DNA from: Leucoraja ocellata
Taxonomy: Eukaryota
DNA length: 64,000 nucleotides
Reading direction: 5' to 3'
NCBI GenBank assembly: GCA_036785375.1
Contig: JAWMAR010000152.1
Span: 1,922,001 to 1,986,000, forward strand
The translations under genes were made by a program, and so were the position numbers. This document shows, one piece after another, positions 1 to 13,885 of this stretch. The stretch's first letter is position 1; each line of letters begins with the position of its first letter. The notes under the pieces are model-generated. The model did no database searches. It was not told the origin of the DNA and saw only the letters and a program-made list of their open reading frames with translations.

Positions 1-361
1 TTAGCCACAAGGGCCACATCTAACTCCCTCTTAAATATAGCCAATGAACTGGCCTCAACTACCCTCTGTGGCAGAGAGTTCCAGAGATTCACCACTCTCT
101 GTGTGAAAAAAGTTCTTCTCATCTCAGTTTTAAAGGATTTCCCCCTTATCCTTAAGCTGTGACCCCTTGTCCTGGACTTTCCTAACATCGGGAACAATCT
201 TCCTGCATCTAGCCTGTCCAACCCCTTAAGAATTTTGTAAGTTTCTATAAGATCCCCTCTCAATCTCCTAAATTCTAGAGAGTATAAACCAAGTCTATCC
301 AGCCTTTCTTCATAAGACAGTCCTGACATCCCAGGAATCGGTCTGGTACATCCCAGGAATC
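1..361 (-). mobile_element. CR1-clade (HER1-like) LINE 3' fragment, runs off the window start
   Basis: Reverse complement of the sequence at 2770-3110; encodes CR1 ORF2 C-terminal residues. Confidence 0.9.
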
Positions 362-1299
362 AATGTTTTAATTATCTTTTTTGTTTTTATTAGACTCTTC
401 ATCTCTCCCAAATAATTGCAAGCATCTAGGTTTGTTTTTGGTGGTGGGTTGACTCTAATCTGAAAGTGTTTCACGTTATACAAACTGAACTAAATGGAAC
501 ACTGAAACTTGTTAATGATGATGCGCTCTGACTTCAGTAATCCAGCCACTGCCAAAACAAAACTTAATAATGGTTTTGTGGTGTTTTTGATTTCCTTGGT
601 CCTTGTGTTCATGATGTGAACATCAATGCTATTTAAGCCTTGAATACTTTTCGCACAGAATGATCCAAAAGTCAAAAATGATCCATATTAAAATGTCTTT
701 GTACACATGCAGTACATTAAAAAAAAAACTTGTGCTGACAGTGATTTAAAGCATTGAAACAGATTTTGCTAATTATTTATGAACTTTGCTGATTTGTCAC
801 CAGCAATTCACTACCAACTTATTTACGTCTATATGCTAATTTCTATGCTAATTTCTTCTTTTTTGCTACAAGGAGGAATGCTTGAATTAAGTAGTCTTAA
901 TTGTTGTCTGCTTAAAATTTAGTTTTGGTACCCTCATAAATTTCCCCCTTTCAATTGGGAGGGAAAAAAACTAGCTTGCTTGTTTGTGCATTACTCCTGC
1001 AGATGCTGACTTCCTTTTGATCAGATCACTTTGTAACTAAGCTGGATCTTGGTCTAATACAAAACTTTCTCTTTATCTGGCAAATCGTCGAATGAGGTTG
1101 TTTCCTTGCCTAAAGTCGGCCTGTTACAGTAAACTGTATTGAAATGACACAACTTTTGAGTTTTCTAACTCTTGTATCTTAACATAATATGGAAAAGGTG
1201 TCAAAACGGTGTTTTGGGGGGTTTTTCCCCCATAATTAAATATGTTTGTTTTTGATTGCAGCCTTCATCCTGACAATTCCCTTAACTACTATTTTTCAG

Positions 1300-1512
1300 A
1301 ACCTGCAGTAGAAAATGAAAAGTGTAAATCTGAATCCAAGCACCAGCCTAGTCAACAATTCCACCATAGTGCCCATTCTTCAAGAATACAGCAACAAAGA
1401 CATGCAGCCAAGCCCAGATCACGAGCTTCTTCGGGTTCACAGTCCTCTGCCTCTCTTTCCTTAGTCATGCCAGATGATGGTGCATTTGTTTCATCTAAAA
1501 ATAAAAAAATAG
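1300..1512 (+). CDS. SPATS2: SPATS2 internal coding exon (EPAVENEK...SSKNKKI), 213 nt, phase 1-1
   Basis: Acceptor tttttcag|A at 1299/1300, donor AG|gtaagg at 1512/1513; joins in frame to the exon at 7503 (KKI-G-TNIEK, cf. human KKL-S-SNIEK as remembered). An alternative acceptor at 1261/1262 cannot be excluded. Confidence 0.75.
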
Positions 1513-2620
1513 GTAAGGGGTATTTCCAAAGCATTTTGCATGATATAAAATACTGAAATGTCCTGGTGAACTAGTTGTGCTTCAATTTGCATCAATGTAT
1601 GTGTGGGGTGGGGGGGGGGGGGAGGGGAAAGTATGTTGGTCATATGTGTGTGGTTCACTGCTGGGTGTGGTGATTCCACAAATGCCAAATATTGTGCAAC
1701 TGGGTAGGGAGTTTGCTTGTATAAAATAACAGGGGCTGTATGTCAGAGAAATGGTGAATTCAGTCTGACCAGTACTTGTCTTGAGAAATGAAGAGGTTTT
1801 GGGAGGGAATTGGAGAGCTCAGCAATATGGAACCTGATAGCATGGCTGCCAGTGGTGGAGGGAATCAAGTCAAATGATGCATTTGGATGACCTCGTGTTT
1901 AAGGAGCAGAGAGGGGGAGACTTGGCCTTTTTATTCTTCCTGGGTGGGTTTACCCTCTGTTCTGATGCAAAACTTTTCTACACTTTGTTTCACTCTTGGC
2001 TCCACCCCCCTAAAGCAATCTAGTTTTGTCAAGAGCTTGGAGAGAACTAATAAAGCTAGACTTGTGCCAACAAGCTGGACGTGTTACTCAAATAATGGCC
2101 AGCTGTGTGCAAATGACAGCATTCTGAGAGCAGCCTTTTTTGGGGTGGAATTCAACAAATAACTTGAGTATTAGAATTTCTTTTAGAATTCCAAAGGTGA
2201 GTATTATCCCTGTGTGTGGTCTCCTAATGAATTACTTGCGATCATTCCAAGCTTTATTTGGGCTCTTTTGCTATGTCGTGTAACATGACTACCCAGACTC
2301 TGCATTACTTAAACGTGCGGTGAATCACAGCAAATTGGTCAATTTGTTCGTCAATTGAATTTCAGATATGTTTGCAGGCTTCTGCACATGGATTGATATT
2401 GATTAGATGTTTTCAAGTTTGTATTTAAGCAATAGATTATTTTAATATCAAAGCACAAATAGGTTGGTGTTTGGAAATCTACAAATGGGAGCATAAATTT
2501 ACATCAAGTTAATGTGACCTCCCCAATTGGACATCGTCTCTGGTTAACTTTTTCCAATCTTGGTTAAATGTCCAACAACCTTGGCAAAATGGATAAAGTT
2601 TCATATCTTTTAGTTTCTTC

Positions 2621-3221
2621 TGAGTTTGAGTATAGGAGCAGGGAGGTTCTACTGCAGTTGTACAGGGTCTTGGTGAGACCACACCTGGAGTATTGCGTAT
2701 AGTTTTGGTCTCCTAATCTGAGGAAAGACATTCTTGCCATAGAGGGAGTACAGAGACGGTTCACCAGACTGATTCCTGGGATGTCAGGACTTTCATATGA
2801 AGAAAGACTGGATAGACTCGGTTTGTATTCGCTAGAATTTAGAAGATTGAGGGGGATCTTATAGAAACTTACAAAATTCTTAAGGGATTGGACACGCTAG
2901 ATGCAGGAAGATTGTTCCCGATGCTGGGGAAGTCCAGAACAAGGGGTCACAGTTTAAGGATAAGGGGGAAATCTTTTAGGACCGAGATGAGGAAAACATT
3001 TTTCACACAGAGAGTGGTGAATCTCTAGAATTCTTTGCCACAGAATGTGGTTGAGGCCAGTTCATTGGCTATATTTAAGAGGGAGTTAGATGTGGCCCTT
3101 GTGGCTAGAGGGATCAGGGGGTATGGAGAGAAGGCAGGTACAGGATAACGAGTTGGATGATCAGCCATGATCATATTGAAGGGCCGAATGGCCTACTCCT
3201 GCACCTATTTTCTATGTTTCT
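2621..3221 (+). mobile_element. CR1-clade LINE, 5'-truncated
   Basis: Encodes QLYRVLVRPHLEYCV.FWSP; ends in cctattttctatgtttct tail. Confidence 0.92.
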
Positions 3222-3939
3222 GTGATATTAACTTATGAAAGCCTGTCCCAGTTTGCATCAAATGGGTTAAACCAGGGATTAAAGGTCTGTGCAAAGATCA
3301 TATGTCAAGGTAACATGCATATAACCAATTGTAGTTGTGCTTGTACATTGATCACTATAATTAATCGTAGAACAAACTGCCTTCCCATTTCGGAATCGTT
3401 CCAATGTTTAGCAACAAGTGGGATTAGTAACCAAGCTTCTCTTCATATATTAGCATGTATGACGTCCCAATTTACAAATAAACCATTCTTTGGAAGGTTG
3501 ATCCTGAAACGACATAAAAATATTATGCAGTCATTTTGAATAATTGAGTGTTGCCAGAAATTTTAGTTTCACCTGGTCAATTCTAAAGAATTCAACGTTG
3601 CTCCAAGTATCGGCGTAGAGTGATCTTCCTATCCATCAAGATCATTATCCAGCTTTTAAACGCTGCCAAACAGTCGCATCTGAAACTGCCATTTGCTTGA
3701 CAACGGGTAATGTTCTTCAAGCCATTCAAGTGTGCAGGTGTAAGATGTGAAATTGCCAAGTTGGTTATTTGAAATTACTGAACCATTAAGCTGCTGGGCA
3801 AAGTCATGCAACTAAGGTTATTGTATTTATATTGCACAAGGCTATAATTTTAAAGTTTGGAGGGTTGGGGCAAATCCTGTGTAGGTCCACATTCATGCCA
3901 CAATATATCAGAGTATTTTTATGTTGGATTGACTATCGT

Positions 3940-4162
3940 CATGTCATAAGTAATAGGAGCAGAATTAGGCCATTCGGCCCATCAAGTCTACTCCGCCATT
4001 CAATCATGGCTGATCTATCTCTCCCTCCTAACCCCATTCTCCTGCCTTCTCCCCATAACCCCTGACACCCAAGAATCTACCTGTCTCTGCTTTAAAAATA
4101 TCCATTGACTTGGCCTCCACAACCTTCTGTGGCAAAGAATTCCACAGATTCACCACCCTCTG
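3940..4162 (-). mobile_element. CR1-clade LINE 3' tail fragment
   Basis: aggccattcggccc...ccattcaatcatggctgatc...gaattccacagattcacc, reverse of the CR1 3' end. Confidence 0.8.
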
Positions 4163-4782
4163 ACAAAATTGTCATCAGAACTAACTGCTGTGATGGGTTG
4201 TTTTACAAAACTAAAGTACGAGTACCCCTCTACTTTTGAAGTAACTATGTTGGATTGATTTGAGGTGTAGCACCAACTTTCGGTTATTTTGTACCTCGGT
4301 GTTAAGATCTAATTCATAAAATCATGTAGTGGGTTGAAATCTCCATCTTAATTGTTAAAAGAAATTGATAGGGATAAGGGAAAATCTTCTGAGTTGAGCA
4401 TTGAGAAAGGAATACATGAAAGTCCATCACCATAAGCAAAGCCCCAGTTGTGTTCTCCCCGTCCTGCCCCACAAGAGACGATGCAACTCAGACTAGTCTT
4501 GCTTTGCCTGATGCTTGCAGACTGGTACAGTCTACTCGTCTTTGTTCTAATTGAAAAAACACCAGTGGCGTTAAAATGGTTTATCAGATAATTCTCGTTT
4601 TTTGAGAGGCTAGGGGCAGACTGAATTAACAACAGCCAGACCGAGTGTGATTCATCCTGCCTTCCAGCTGTGTCGCTGCGGCAGCAAAGAATTGAACAAA
4701 ATGCTTCTGGCCGATAGCTTTTTAAAACTATTCATTCCGGAACAAGACTAACGGCATTCTTCCATGTAGTCCAATTGGCTTT

Positions 4783-5174
4783 GATCTTATAGAAGCATGT
4801 AAAATTATAAAAGGGGGTCTTATAGAAACATATACAATTCTAAAAGGACTGGACATGCTAGATGCAGGATAAATGTTCCCAATGTTGGGCGAGTCCAGAA
4901 CCAGGGGCCATTTAAGACTGAGGTGAGAAAAAACCTTTTCACCCAGAGAGTTGTGAATTTGTGGAATTCCCTGCCACAGAGGGCAGTGGAGGCCAAATCA
5001 CTGGATGTATTTAAGAGAGAGTTAGATGGAGCTCTAGGGGCTAGTGGAGTCGAGGGATATGGGGAGAAGGCAGGCACGGGTTATTGATTGGGGACGATCA
5101 GCCATGATCAAAATGAATGGCGGTGCTGGCTTGAAGGGCTGAATGGCCTCCTGCCCCTATTTTCTATGTTTCTA
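4783..5174 (+). mobile_element. CR1-clade LINE 3' fragment
   Basis: Same family as 18208-18991; tail cctattttctatgtttcta. Confidence 0.9.
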
Positions 5175-7502
5175 TCATATGTAGATCTTAGGCCAGTGAT
5201 TTCACTGAATGTTTAATGAGTGGATTTATTGAAACCCACTTTTCAAATACTGACCTTTTTTTTCCCTTTGTGCTCACGGCTGAGTCACAAGCTGTGGACC
5301 AGCTGTGACCCAAGATTTGCAAATGCTGAATGGGAAAATCTTGTGAAGTTTACTATGTGTTCAGATCCTGGTTCCCGTGCAATCAGATGTACACTGATAG
5401 GTTATTGTCAGAGCTAAGGAGGATTAACCGGTTTATATTCAAGTTAAGATCCAAATCTGCATTTTTAATCCATGTTCTATTTAATTCTTTAGCAGATAAC
5501 ATTCAATATTTGGCTCTAATATTTAAACACAAAGGATTTACACACCTTTAAACTTCTATGAATACCGTATTTGCCTGTTGGTTCACAAGTTCTAGGAGCA
5601 GAATTATTCCATTCTGCCCATCAAGTCTACTCCGCCATTCAATCGTGGCTGTTCCATGTTTTCCCCTCAACCCCATTCTCCTGCCTTCTCCCCATAACTC
5701 TTGACACCCTTACTAATCAGTTAGTGGAAAGCTACAGCTCTTGCTGTTGTATTCAGTAGGATTCAGTACAATGCTGTGTCATGTAGACCAGTGGATTTAA
5801 CATGAGTTTGCCTATTCCATGCCAGAATCTACCCTTTACAACATTGAAGAAATCTGCTCAGGTAGTCAGTCCTGTGCATGACTACAACTGATATGTTCCG
5901 AGCTCCACAGGAACATATTGCAAATGCATCTCAATATATTGTGGGGCAAACCAGGCAATCCTTAATGAATGTCTAAACTGAAACTTAGTCCCAGCTCCCT
6001 TTAGAAGCGGATCCAGATAGTATTATCTCGTGGACATCCCTTATTTACAAATGTTTGTCTACAAAATCAATCATGACCTCTAAACCCAGGTCATTGTAAC
6101 TTTTATTTGCTTTTGTCAACTTTTCATGGTCATGACCAGTTGTTCCTCTGTCTCACATCATCACCATCTGCCTCCAGGGATTCTCTTTGGCCCTCTTTCC
6201 CAAAGGCTTTTCTCTCTAATTATTAGACTCAAACTTTAGACATCTTTTTATTATTTCCACTTACAATCAGTTGTGCTAGCGCTCAAACAATGGCATTTAT
6301 CTAATGACCAGTATTGTATATGGCCACTGGCCTCCAGAGAGTCATGTCATCTATTTATCTTGTGGAACTAGTCCATGCTGCCTGCTAGATATTATGGTAT
6401 CAGGGCAACTGCTTCTGCATAGTTCTCTTTGGGGATTTGATTTATGTTTTGTCTTTGTCTGTTATTCCTTGCTCAAACTCAGAATGAAAACGAAAACACT
6501 GATTTGTGGGAAGTCCTGTTTTTATTTATTTAAAAAAAATCCAAAAAAAAATCCAGTAATGTGTTGAGCTAACACAATTCTTCTCCGTAGTACAGAACTG
6601 AAGAAGTGGTGCACTGTCAGTGATGCTCCCTTTTGAATGAATGGTTAAATCATGACTCTCTAAAAGTGTAAAATGTGCAGGAAGGAACTGCAGATGCTGG
6701 TTTAAACCAAAGATGGACACAAAAAGCTGGAGTAACCCAGTGGGTGTAAAAGATGCATGGTACAATTTAGACATCAAGAAGCGGGAATTCTCCATGTCCT
6801 GCCCAAAATCCCTCGACCAACATCTCCAAAACAAATGATCTGGTCATTGCTGCGTGACTGTTTATGGGAGTTTGCAGTGGGTGAATTATTTGCCAGAACT
6901 GACAATGCACACAATTACTTCATGTAGCTCGCTTGTTGCAGAAGACTTTGGGATGCCCCGAGGTTGTAAAAAGGATGCAAGTTTGTTCTTGAAGTTATCT
7001 TTTACGGTTGATGCATTAAAGTTGAAATGGATGATTTTGTTAATGTAATAGTTATAGCTATAGTGTAGTATATTGGAAAAGATTGGCAACAACTCTGCCT
7101 CCACCTCTGCTCCTGATGGTGAGGAATGGAGTTCTATTATGGGATCAGCTATGTGATGTGTTAATAATTGTTCTCTCTGCATCATAATCATAACTGGAAG
7201 CTTGCGTGAGGAGCTTTAATATAAACATCCATAGCACTTCTGCTGCATTAGTAGTGTTTTGTAACTACCCATATCCACATTTCTCTTGTGTGGGAAGGAG
7301 CTGCAGATGCTGGTTTAAACTGAAGATAGACACAAAAACATTTCTTCTCTTTCCACCCCCACCCACCCTTGTTTTTAATAAACATCAATAGAAGCAGAAA
7401 AAACTTAGGATTGAGTTGTTCCAGCATTTTGTTTTCTCAGAATTTGGAGCAGTTTGCAAATGCAAGTTGTTAGAATTCACTTTTCATTTTTGTTTTCTCC
7501 AG

Positions 7503-7638
7503 GTACTAACATAGAAAAGTCGGCAAAAGACTTGCAGCGATGTACTGTGTCTCTAGCCAGATATCGGCCACTTATTAAGGAGGAAATGGACGTTTCTATA
7601 AAGAAGATGAAGGTGGCATTTGCTGAAATACAGAACTG
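7503..7638 (+). CDS. SPATS2: SPATS2 coding exon (TNIEKSAKDLQRCTVSLARYRPLIKEEMDVSIKKMKVAFAEIQN)
   Basis: tctccag| acceptor, TG|gtaggt donor; NIEKSxKDLQRCTVSLARYR is the conserved SPATS2/SPATS2L family motif. Confidence 0.95.
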
Positions 7639-8632
7639 GTAGGTGAATCAATGAAAATAAATGACCTTTGCCATTGGAAGAACACAGTGAGTCAGGCAGA
7701 ATCTGTGGAAGGGAAATGGACAGACAATATTTCGGGCCAAGACCCTTCAGGCTGATGAAGTAGAGGGGGAGATGGATAGTAGAGAGATGCGACTGGAAGG
7801 AGTGAGGCAAGAGCTAGCGAGTGATCGGTGGATCCAGGTAAGGAGGGGTTGATTAGGTGATGATTCAGGAGGGGGGGGGAGAGAAGCGTGGAAACGGTCA
7901 CCAAGGCTGGAGGTGATAAGTGAAGACAAAGGTGTGCGGATGTTTGAATCTGATATTTAATTATATCCTGTTGTCAGACCACACCTTTAAGTACAATAAA
8001 TGTAAGCAAATTTACACTTGAGTATTTCAGGAATCTACCTTTCCTAAATTATGAAAGCCTATGATCCTGCATAGTTTTAATTGTAATTTGTCAGCACCAC
8101 CCTCTTCCTCTCAACCCTGCCCTGAATTCCAGCGAGACGACAGTCAAGTGCCCTTCATGTGGCCTTTGGCATTTAGTGCGGACAGGTTTTCAACTATTTG
8201 GGGCATTGCAACAAATACCAAATTTTTGACTTTCCTGCATGTACAGTTTCCACTAAGAGTCAGCAGAAAAAACTTCTGAAAGGAAAATAAACATCGATTC
8301 CAGTTTTGGAGTTGGAAGCAGGCCTTTCAGCCCACAGTGTCAAGTGCCATTCACGCTCATCCCTTTTTGTGACCACAATGAATTGGTGATTCAAGTGCTT
8401 GCCTTGATGCTTTTTTCAATGCTGAGAGAGTACCAAATGATTTGTCCTCTGCTCGGTCTGTTTTCAAGCTGGTGTCTTGTATGCATAGTTGAGTAAATGT
8501 TGAGTAAATGTTTTTTAAATGCTTTATAGACAATGGGTGCAGGAGTAGGCCATTTGGCCCTTCGAGCCACTTTATGCTATATTTACACATACCATATCTA
8601 AAGGACGTGACCTGTTGTTTGTATCTACCTGT

Positions 8633-8759
8633 TTAAGAAACAACTGCAGACGCTAGAAAAATCGAAGGTAGACGAGAAATGCTGGTGAAACTCAGCGAGT
8701 GAGGCAGCATCTATGGAGAGAAGGAATTGGCGACGTTTCTCCAGCATTTCTTGTCTAGC
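8633..8759. mobile_element. Short Penelope-type fold-back insertion with 14-bp TSD
   Basis: ttgtatc(t/c)acctgt at 8619-8632 and 8760-8773. Confidence 0.72.
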
Positions 8760-9199
8760 TTGTATCCACCTGTCCAGTTTGTGAATTAGCTTCAAATTGG
8801 GTTTCCCTTGATCTCGGCATCTGCTGCAATTTGGAATGTCAAATGGAGATTTGCCTGCATTCAAATTTTCTGTGGAATTGCATCGATGTTTTGCCCTGCC
8901 AATGCTAATTTAATCTTCAGTTTAGGAATGATAGACGAATATCAAGAGGAGCCGTTCAAATATTTATACAAACCATGCATCTTGTGTTTTCCAATTGATA
9001 TCACTTGAGACGTTCAAGATCATAAGACTACACGTGATGTGAACTTGCTGTATGACACTGACCAGCCCATTATTCAAAATCATGATGCTAGATCAGTGGA
9101 TCCCCCAGGTGAATCTACCAGGTTGAATAACGCTGCCTCATTCTTTTTAAGTGAATGTTTAAACGGAGGAGTCGCTGAATCTAACGGCAGTCTTGGACC

Positions 9200-9487
9200 A
9201 GTTTAGTTTTGCGATGCAGCATGGAAATGCGTTCTTCGGCTCATCGACCAGCGATCCCTGCACATCAACACTATCCTACACATACCAGGGACAATTTATA
9301 TTTATACCAAGTCAATTAACCTAAAAACCTGTACGCCTTTGGAGTGTGGGAGGAAACTGAAGATCTTGGGGGAAACCCATGCAGGTCACTGGGAGAATGT
9401 ACAAACTCTGTCCAGACAACATCCGTAGACGGGATCGAACCCGGGTCTCTGGCGCTGTGAGGCAGCAACTCTACCGCTGCGCCACCC
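9200..9487 (-). mobile_element. HE1-like tRNA-derived V-SINE
   Basis: Reverse strand starts ggtggcgcagcggtagagttgctgcc (A box)...ggttcgatcc (B box), then V-domain core and aactaaac tail. Confidence 0.88.
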
Positions 9488-9874
9488 GCCTGCCAGATCT
9501 TGCATGAGGTTTTGCCTTGTATGTCTTGGAGTTTCCACTTCTTTTGAGAGCCCTGTGAGAGTGTGGGTTTTAAAGCCTTGCAGAAATAATGGAAACTGCC
9601 TGGACAACAAAGCATAACATATGACAAGTGCCATGTGTGAAAATAAAGTTCCATAGCCTATATACATGGAGTATTTTGTAACGTGTTGAAAAATGTCCAC
9701 GAGAGCCCCAAGTACCGACAAGTGGCTATTACCGTAATTCTCCAGAGTTCGAATCGGGGCAAACTCAGGAGAATTCTTGAATTAGCTCGTACAATGGGAC
9801 AGCCCCTTACCCCTTTAACTTTCCTTTGTTTTGTTGTGTCAGGTCATGAGACACCCTTCAATATTCAATATTTG

Positions 9875-10180
9875 GGGGCGCAGTGGTGCAACAAGTAGTT
9901 GCCGCCTCACTGCTCCAGTCACTTGGCTCCAAACCTGAGCTTGGGTGCTGCATGCATGAAGTTTGCACATTCTTCCTGCAACGGCATTTGTGCCACACCC
10001 CAAAGACAGCTGGTTGCTGGGTTGATTGTAAACTACCCCCAAAGCATAATTAGGCGGGGAGTAGACTGCGTGATAGGTTAGGTTACAGGGAATAAATGGG
10101 AAAATGAGAACGATGGGATTACTCTTGAGAGCCAGCAGAGATTTGATGGGGCAAATGGCCGTCTCCTATGTCATGTGGGA
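9875..10180 (+). mobile_element. Old degenerate V-SINE (another at about 55968-56200)
   Basis: gggggcgcagtggtgc head and gaagtttgcacattct core remnants. Confidence 0.55.
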
Positions 10181-11169
10181 AAAAATATGAGAACTGTGAA
10201 GTTATAATCTACCGATTCTGTAATGTCTTGTATTGCCAGCACAAAAGTGGTAATAATCCACAATGTTGTAATGAGTAAAATCAAGAGCTAACCTTCAGCC
10301 ATTAGATCTCTTGCACAGATTGAAGCGATTGTTTTATTTTAATTGCATATAAAAGTGGCTGAGACGGATTGCATGTCAGGTTTGGAGCATTTTCCAAACT
10401 TAATGGTGACTCTAGCTCCTCCTTCCATTTGGGGTTATATGCTTTGTTGTATAAGTCTTCTAGATACCTGTAATTTGAGCAAACCTGCCAAGTAACAACT
10501 TGGTTCAAACAAATGTCATGTGATTTATTTCAAAACAAAACTCAAAATTAATTGGAAGGGAGTGACCATTTGAAAACTAAAATGCTTTTGTGAACTTTAA
10601 CACTTCAGCTTCATGCAGTTTTCCAGAGCTTGAGCATTCTGATTTAGTTTCCTCGGGGAAGGGAGAATCATTTTATAACCTAATTGCTGCAGTCCCATTC
10701 GGCAGAGTCTGAAGAAACGATGTTAACAGATGTCTGGAAGCTAATCAGCTGCCTAATTCAAGAGGTGCCAAATCTGAGGAAATCAGAAGGGGCAACAATA
10801 AGAATAAAAGGTGTATCCTACAAAAATGTCCTCTTAGTATAGAAGGTTGTTTTTGTTTCTGCTGCACGTAATGCTTTCCTTTAATACGATCCCTCAGAAC
10901 AGATCTTTGTTCTTTGTGGGAAGTGGAAGAGCCCTGAGCAGAAAAATGACGTGAATAGAAACCAAGACTGTTTGCTGACGTCTAGGGAAAATGCCATTGG
11001 AACTGTTGGATAAGCTGTTTATCTAATCAGCGAATGACTAAAGCATACACTATTTTACACTTCAATAAGAGCAGTTGGAGTTATATATTAGTCTTAATAG
11101 TGACACAGTATACGATTATGAAAACCAAACTTGAGATGGTATTGGGTAATAACAATGCTGATTTTTACC

Positions 11170-11345
11170 ACAGGTAGACGCACAATACTGGAGTAACTCA
11201 ACGGATTAGGCATTTCTCTGGAGAACTTGGATAGGTGACATTTTGGGTCGAGTCAGACTTAAAAAGGGTCCCGACCCGAAACGTCACCTATCCATTTTCT
11301 CTGGAGATGCTGCCTGACCCGCTGAGTTGCTCCAGCATATTGCTA
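11170..11345. mobile_element. Penelope-type fold-back insertion
   Basis: ctggagtaactca...ctctggagaa...ggataggtgac is inverted as gtcacctatcc...ttctctggag...tgagttgctccag. Confidence 0.7.
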
Positions 11346-13885
11346 TATTTAATTAGATGTGTGTTTTTATTTGTTTTTTTTGTTTTGTTTTTTTTAACTT
11401 TTTTTTTTACTCTGACATGTTACCGAAACAATCTGTTGTCTGCTCAACTTAGTGCAAATTCAACCAGTTTGACAGTTCAGTTTGTTGGTTTCAATTTCCC
11501 ATTTACAATGTAAATTTGGGGTGTTATTCCCCGGTTGCTAATTCCTTGAAAAAGAATATAATGTTTAAACTCCATGAACCAAACATTCATCCAGGATGAA
11601 TATGCAATTTTCCTGTAACTAACTCCATATTATCTGTCAGCCTCAATCAATAACATCACAATGCTCGATTGCCTTCTGAGATTAGATTACAAGCTTTAAA
11701 TTCCCCTCTGATTCACTTTACGGCAGTATCTTTAGCTATCAATTGAAGGAAATATAAATGAAATCGTATATCAAAATCTACAACACCAACATTGAGTGGA
11801 CTGTTAAAAGCCATTTTATCAATCTAACAGAAGAACTACAATATTTGTTGGTTAAAATAAATTGATTGCTGGTGTTTCAAAAGAAACTCGGGCAAGAACA
11901 CGGGAATTTGTTGAAATGGCTGATTTTTAAGAAGTCTCAAGGACTGTGTGGAGAGAAACTGTCTGCTAATCGTCCAGCCAGGCCATCTAATCATTTGGGG
12001 CATTTTCGGAGTTGAATAAGATGCCGCTAGCAGTGTCTGGTCCTTTGGGTTCCATTAATGAGCCAATCTGATCAATCATCACAGGAGCACAGGAAACAAT
12101 TATAAGACTACCGGGTCGACTGCACGGCATTTAAAATGCCCATCCTCTGGCACATCCTGATGCTACTTTCAGCACAGAATCACCAGTTAAATGTAGGGCA
12201 ATATCGTAGGGTGGAGATGAGAGGGGTGAATAAAAGTGGGGTATGTGGGGAAAATCAGATGGAGTGGATAATGTTCAAACCAAATACAGGAACATGAATT
12301 AATGTTGTCAGTGGTGTGTATTCAAGGTTTTGTATATCTGGACTGTTAGATTATGTGTTTTGCACCACAAATCTAGCTTGGCACCATTGCACAATAACAG
12401 GGTGCTGTTCTGTCAGGTGGTATCTTTTAGGCACGGTATTATTATGCTGGATGGATTAAAGTCCTTTAATATACAAAGAAGCACAAGGGAGTCCTCATTG
12501 GTATCCTAACCAACAATTTCCTCTCAATCAAACTAGCAGAGTGCCAGATCTTGCAGTGAAAGTGTTACATAAAGTGCTCGTCAGCCTGTCGTTGCGGGTC
12601 GCTGTCATTTTTAACTCTTGCTCATCTGTTTGAGTCTACGTTTCATCAATCCCACTGGGGATGAGGACCAATAAGATCAAAAGACTCCTATTAACCAAGC
12701 ATCATTCTCTTTCTGTAGCCTCTTTTTGTTTCCTGCTACTTGCCTTCATGTTGAAAGTGTTTTTTCACATGCCAGGAATATTTTTTTTTAATCCTTTGTA
12801 AATTCAGAAAATATAAGAATCTCACAAAAGCACAAACTGCATACGTTGCTGTACCTGAGCTGTGCCATTTTAAAATTCTAGCCCGTGTGCCATTTTTGCC
12901 CAGTCACAGCATCTAAACTGATTTTATCATCTCATTTGAGAATCCCAGATTTCTGTGGTGGTATTTGCATTTTGCCAGGATTTAGTTTCCCAAGTGGATG
13001 AGATTACAACTATTTATCTTGCAAGTAACAAAGGGTGAATGGAGCATTGTGCAAGTGTCTGTTCTACTCAAACAAAAAAACAACTTCTGTCCCTTCCTTA
13101 ACATTTATCACATTTGTTGGTTTTACATTTGTTACCAGCAATGTGTTGCTCACCACCTTTTGGCAGATATTGTCACTGACATGAAGCAGATTAAGAAAAA
13201 TCTGTCAAATGCTGACTGGTCAAGTGAAGGCTTGTTCCAGAGAGAAAAGGTGGCCGGTCTTCAGGAACAATTATATTGCACTTTCTATCCATGAAATGAG
13301 CTACAAATACAAGCCCTTTATGTATTCTATAGGGACCCTACCCTCTGCAAGAATCATGGTGAGTCTGATCTGAAATGTCCACCCCTCTTGCTATAGTAAG
13401 TGGGCGAGCATCATTTGTGTGCATGATTGATGGGATTGTAGCTCAGAGTTTAGGTTACTGGGCTAGCAACGTGGAGTGAAATTGAACTTGTTAAAAGCTG
13501 TGCTGCTTCCAGAAAATGAACCAGTCACACACCGATTCAACCCTAGCCCACGTGTGCATGGGCCACTTTTGCAGATGAAGCTGCAAGTCGGTGATGACCA
13601 TGCCCCGAGATAAAATCTAAAATTGGTGCGTCACAGTTTGTTTCCAGTTCCTGCTTGGCACCATCAAACGCCACCAACCCCCACCCTTCAAAGAAAGAAA
13701 AAGCAAATAGCAGCACCGCAAATTACAAAGCTGTGTTGACTGACCCCAGGGCTTATGTTGTCATACCTCCCCATTAGGAACTGCCACAGGTGTTGCGTTT
13801 GAAGGGCATGAAAATCTTCCTAACTCGTAATTCATCTGACTCTGTTCCCTGTAGGCATGTCTTTAATTTGACACGGGCAACATTC

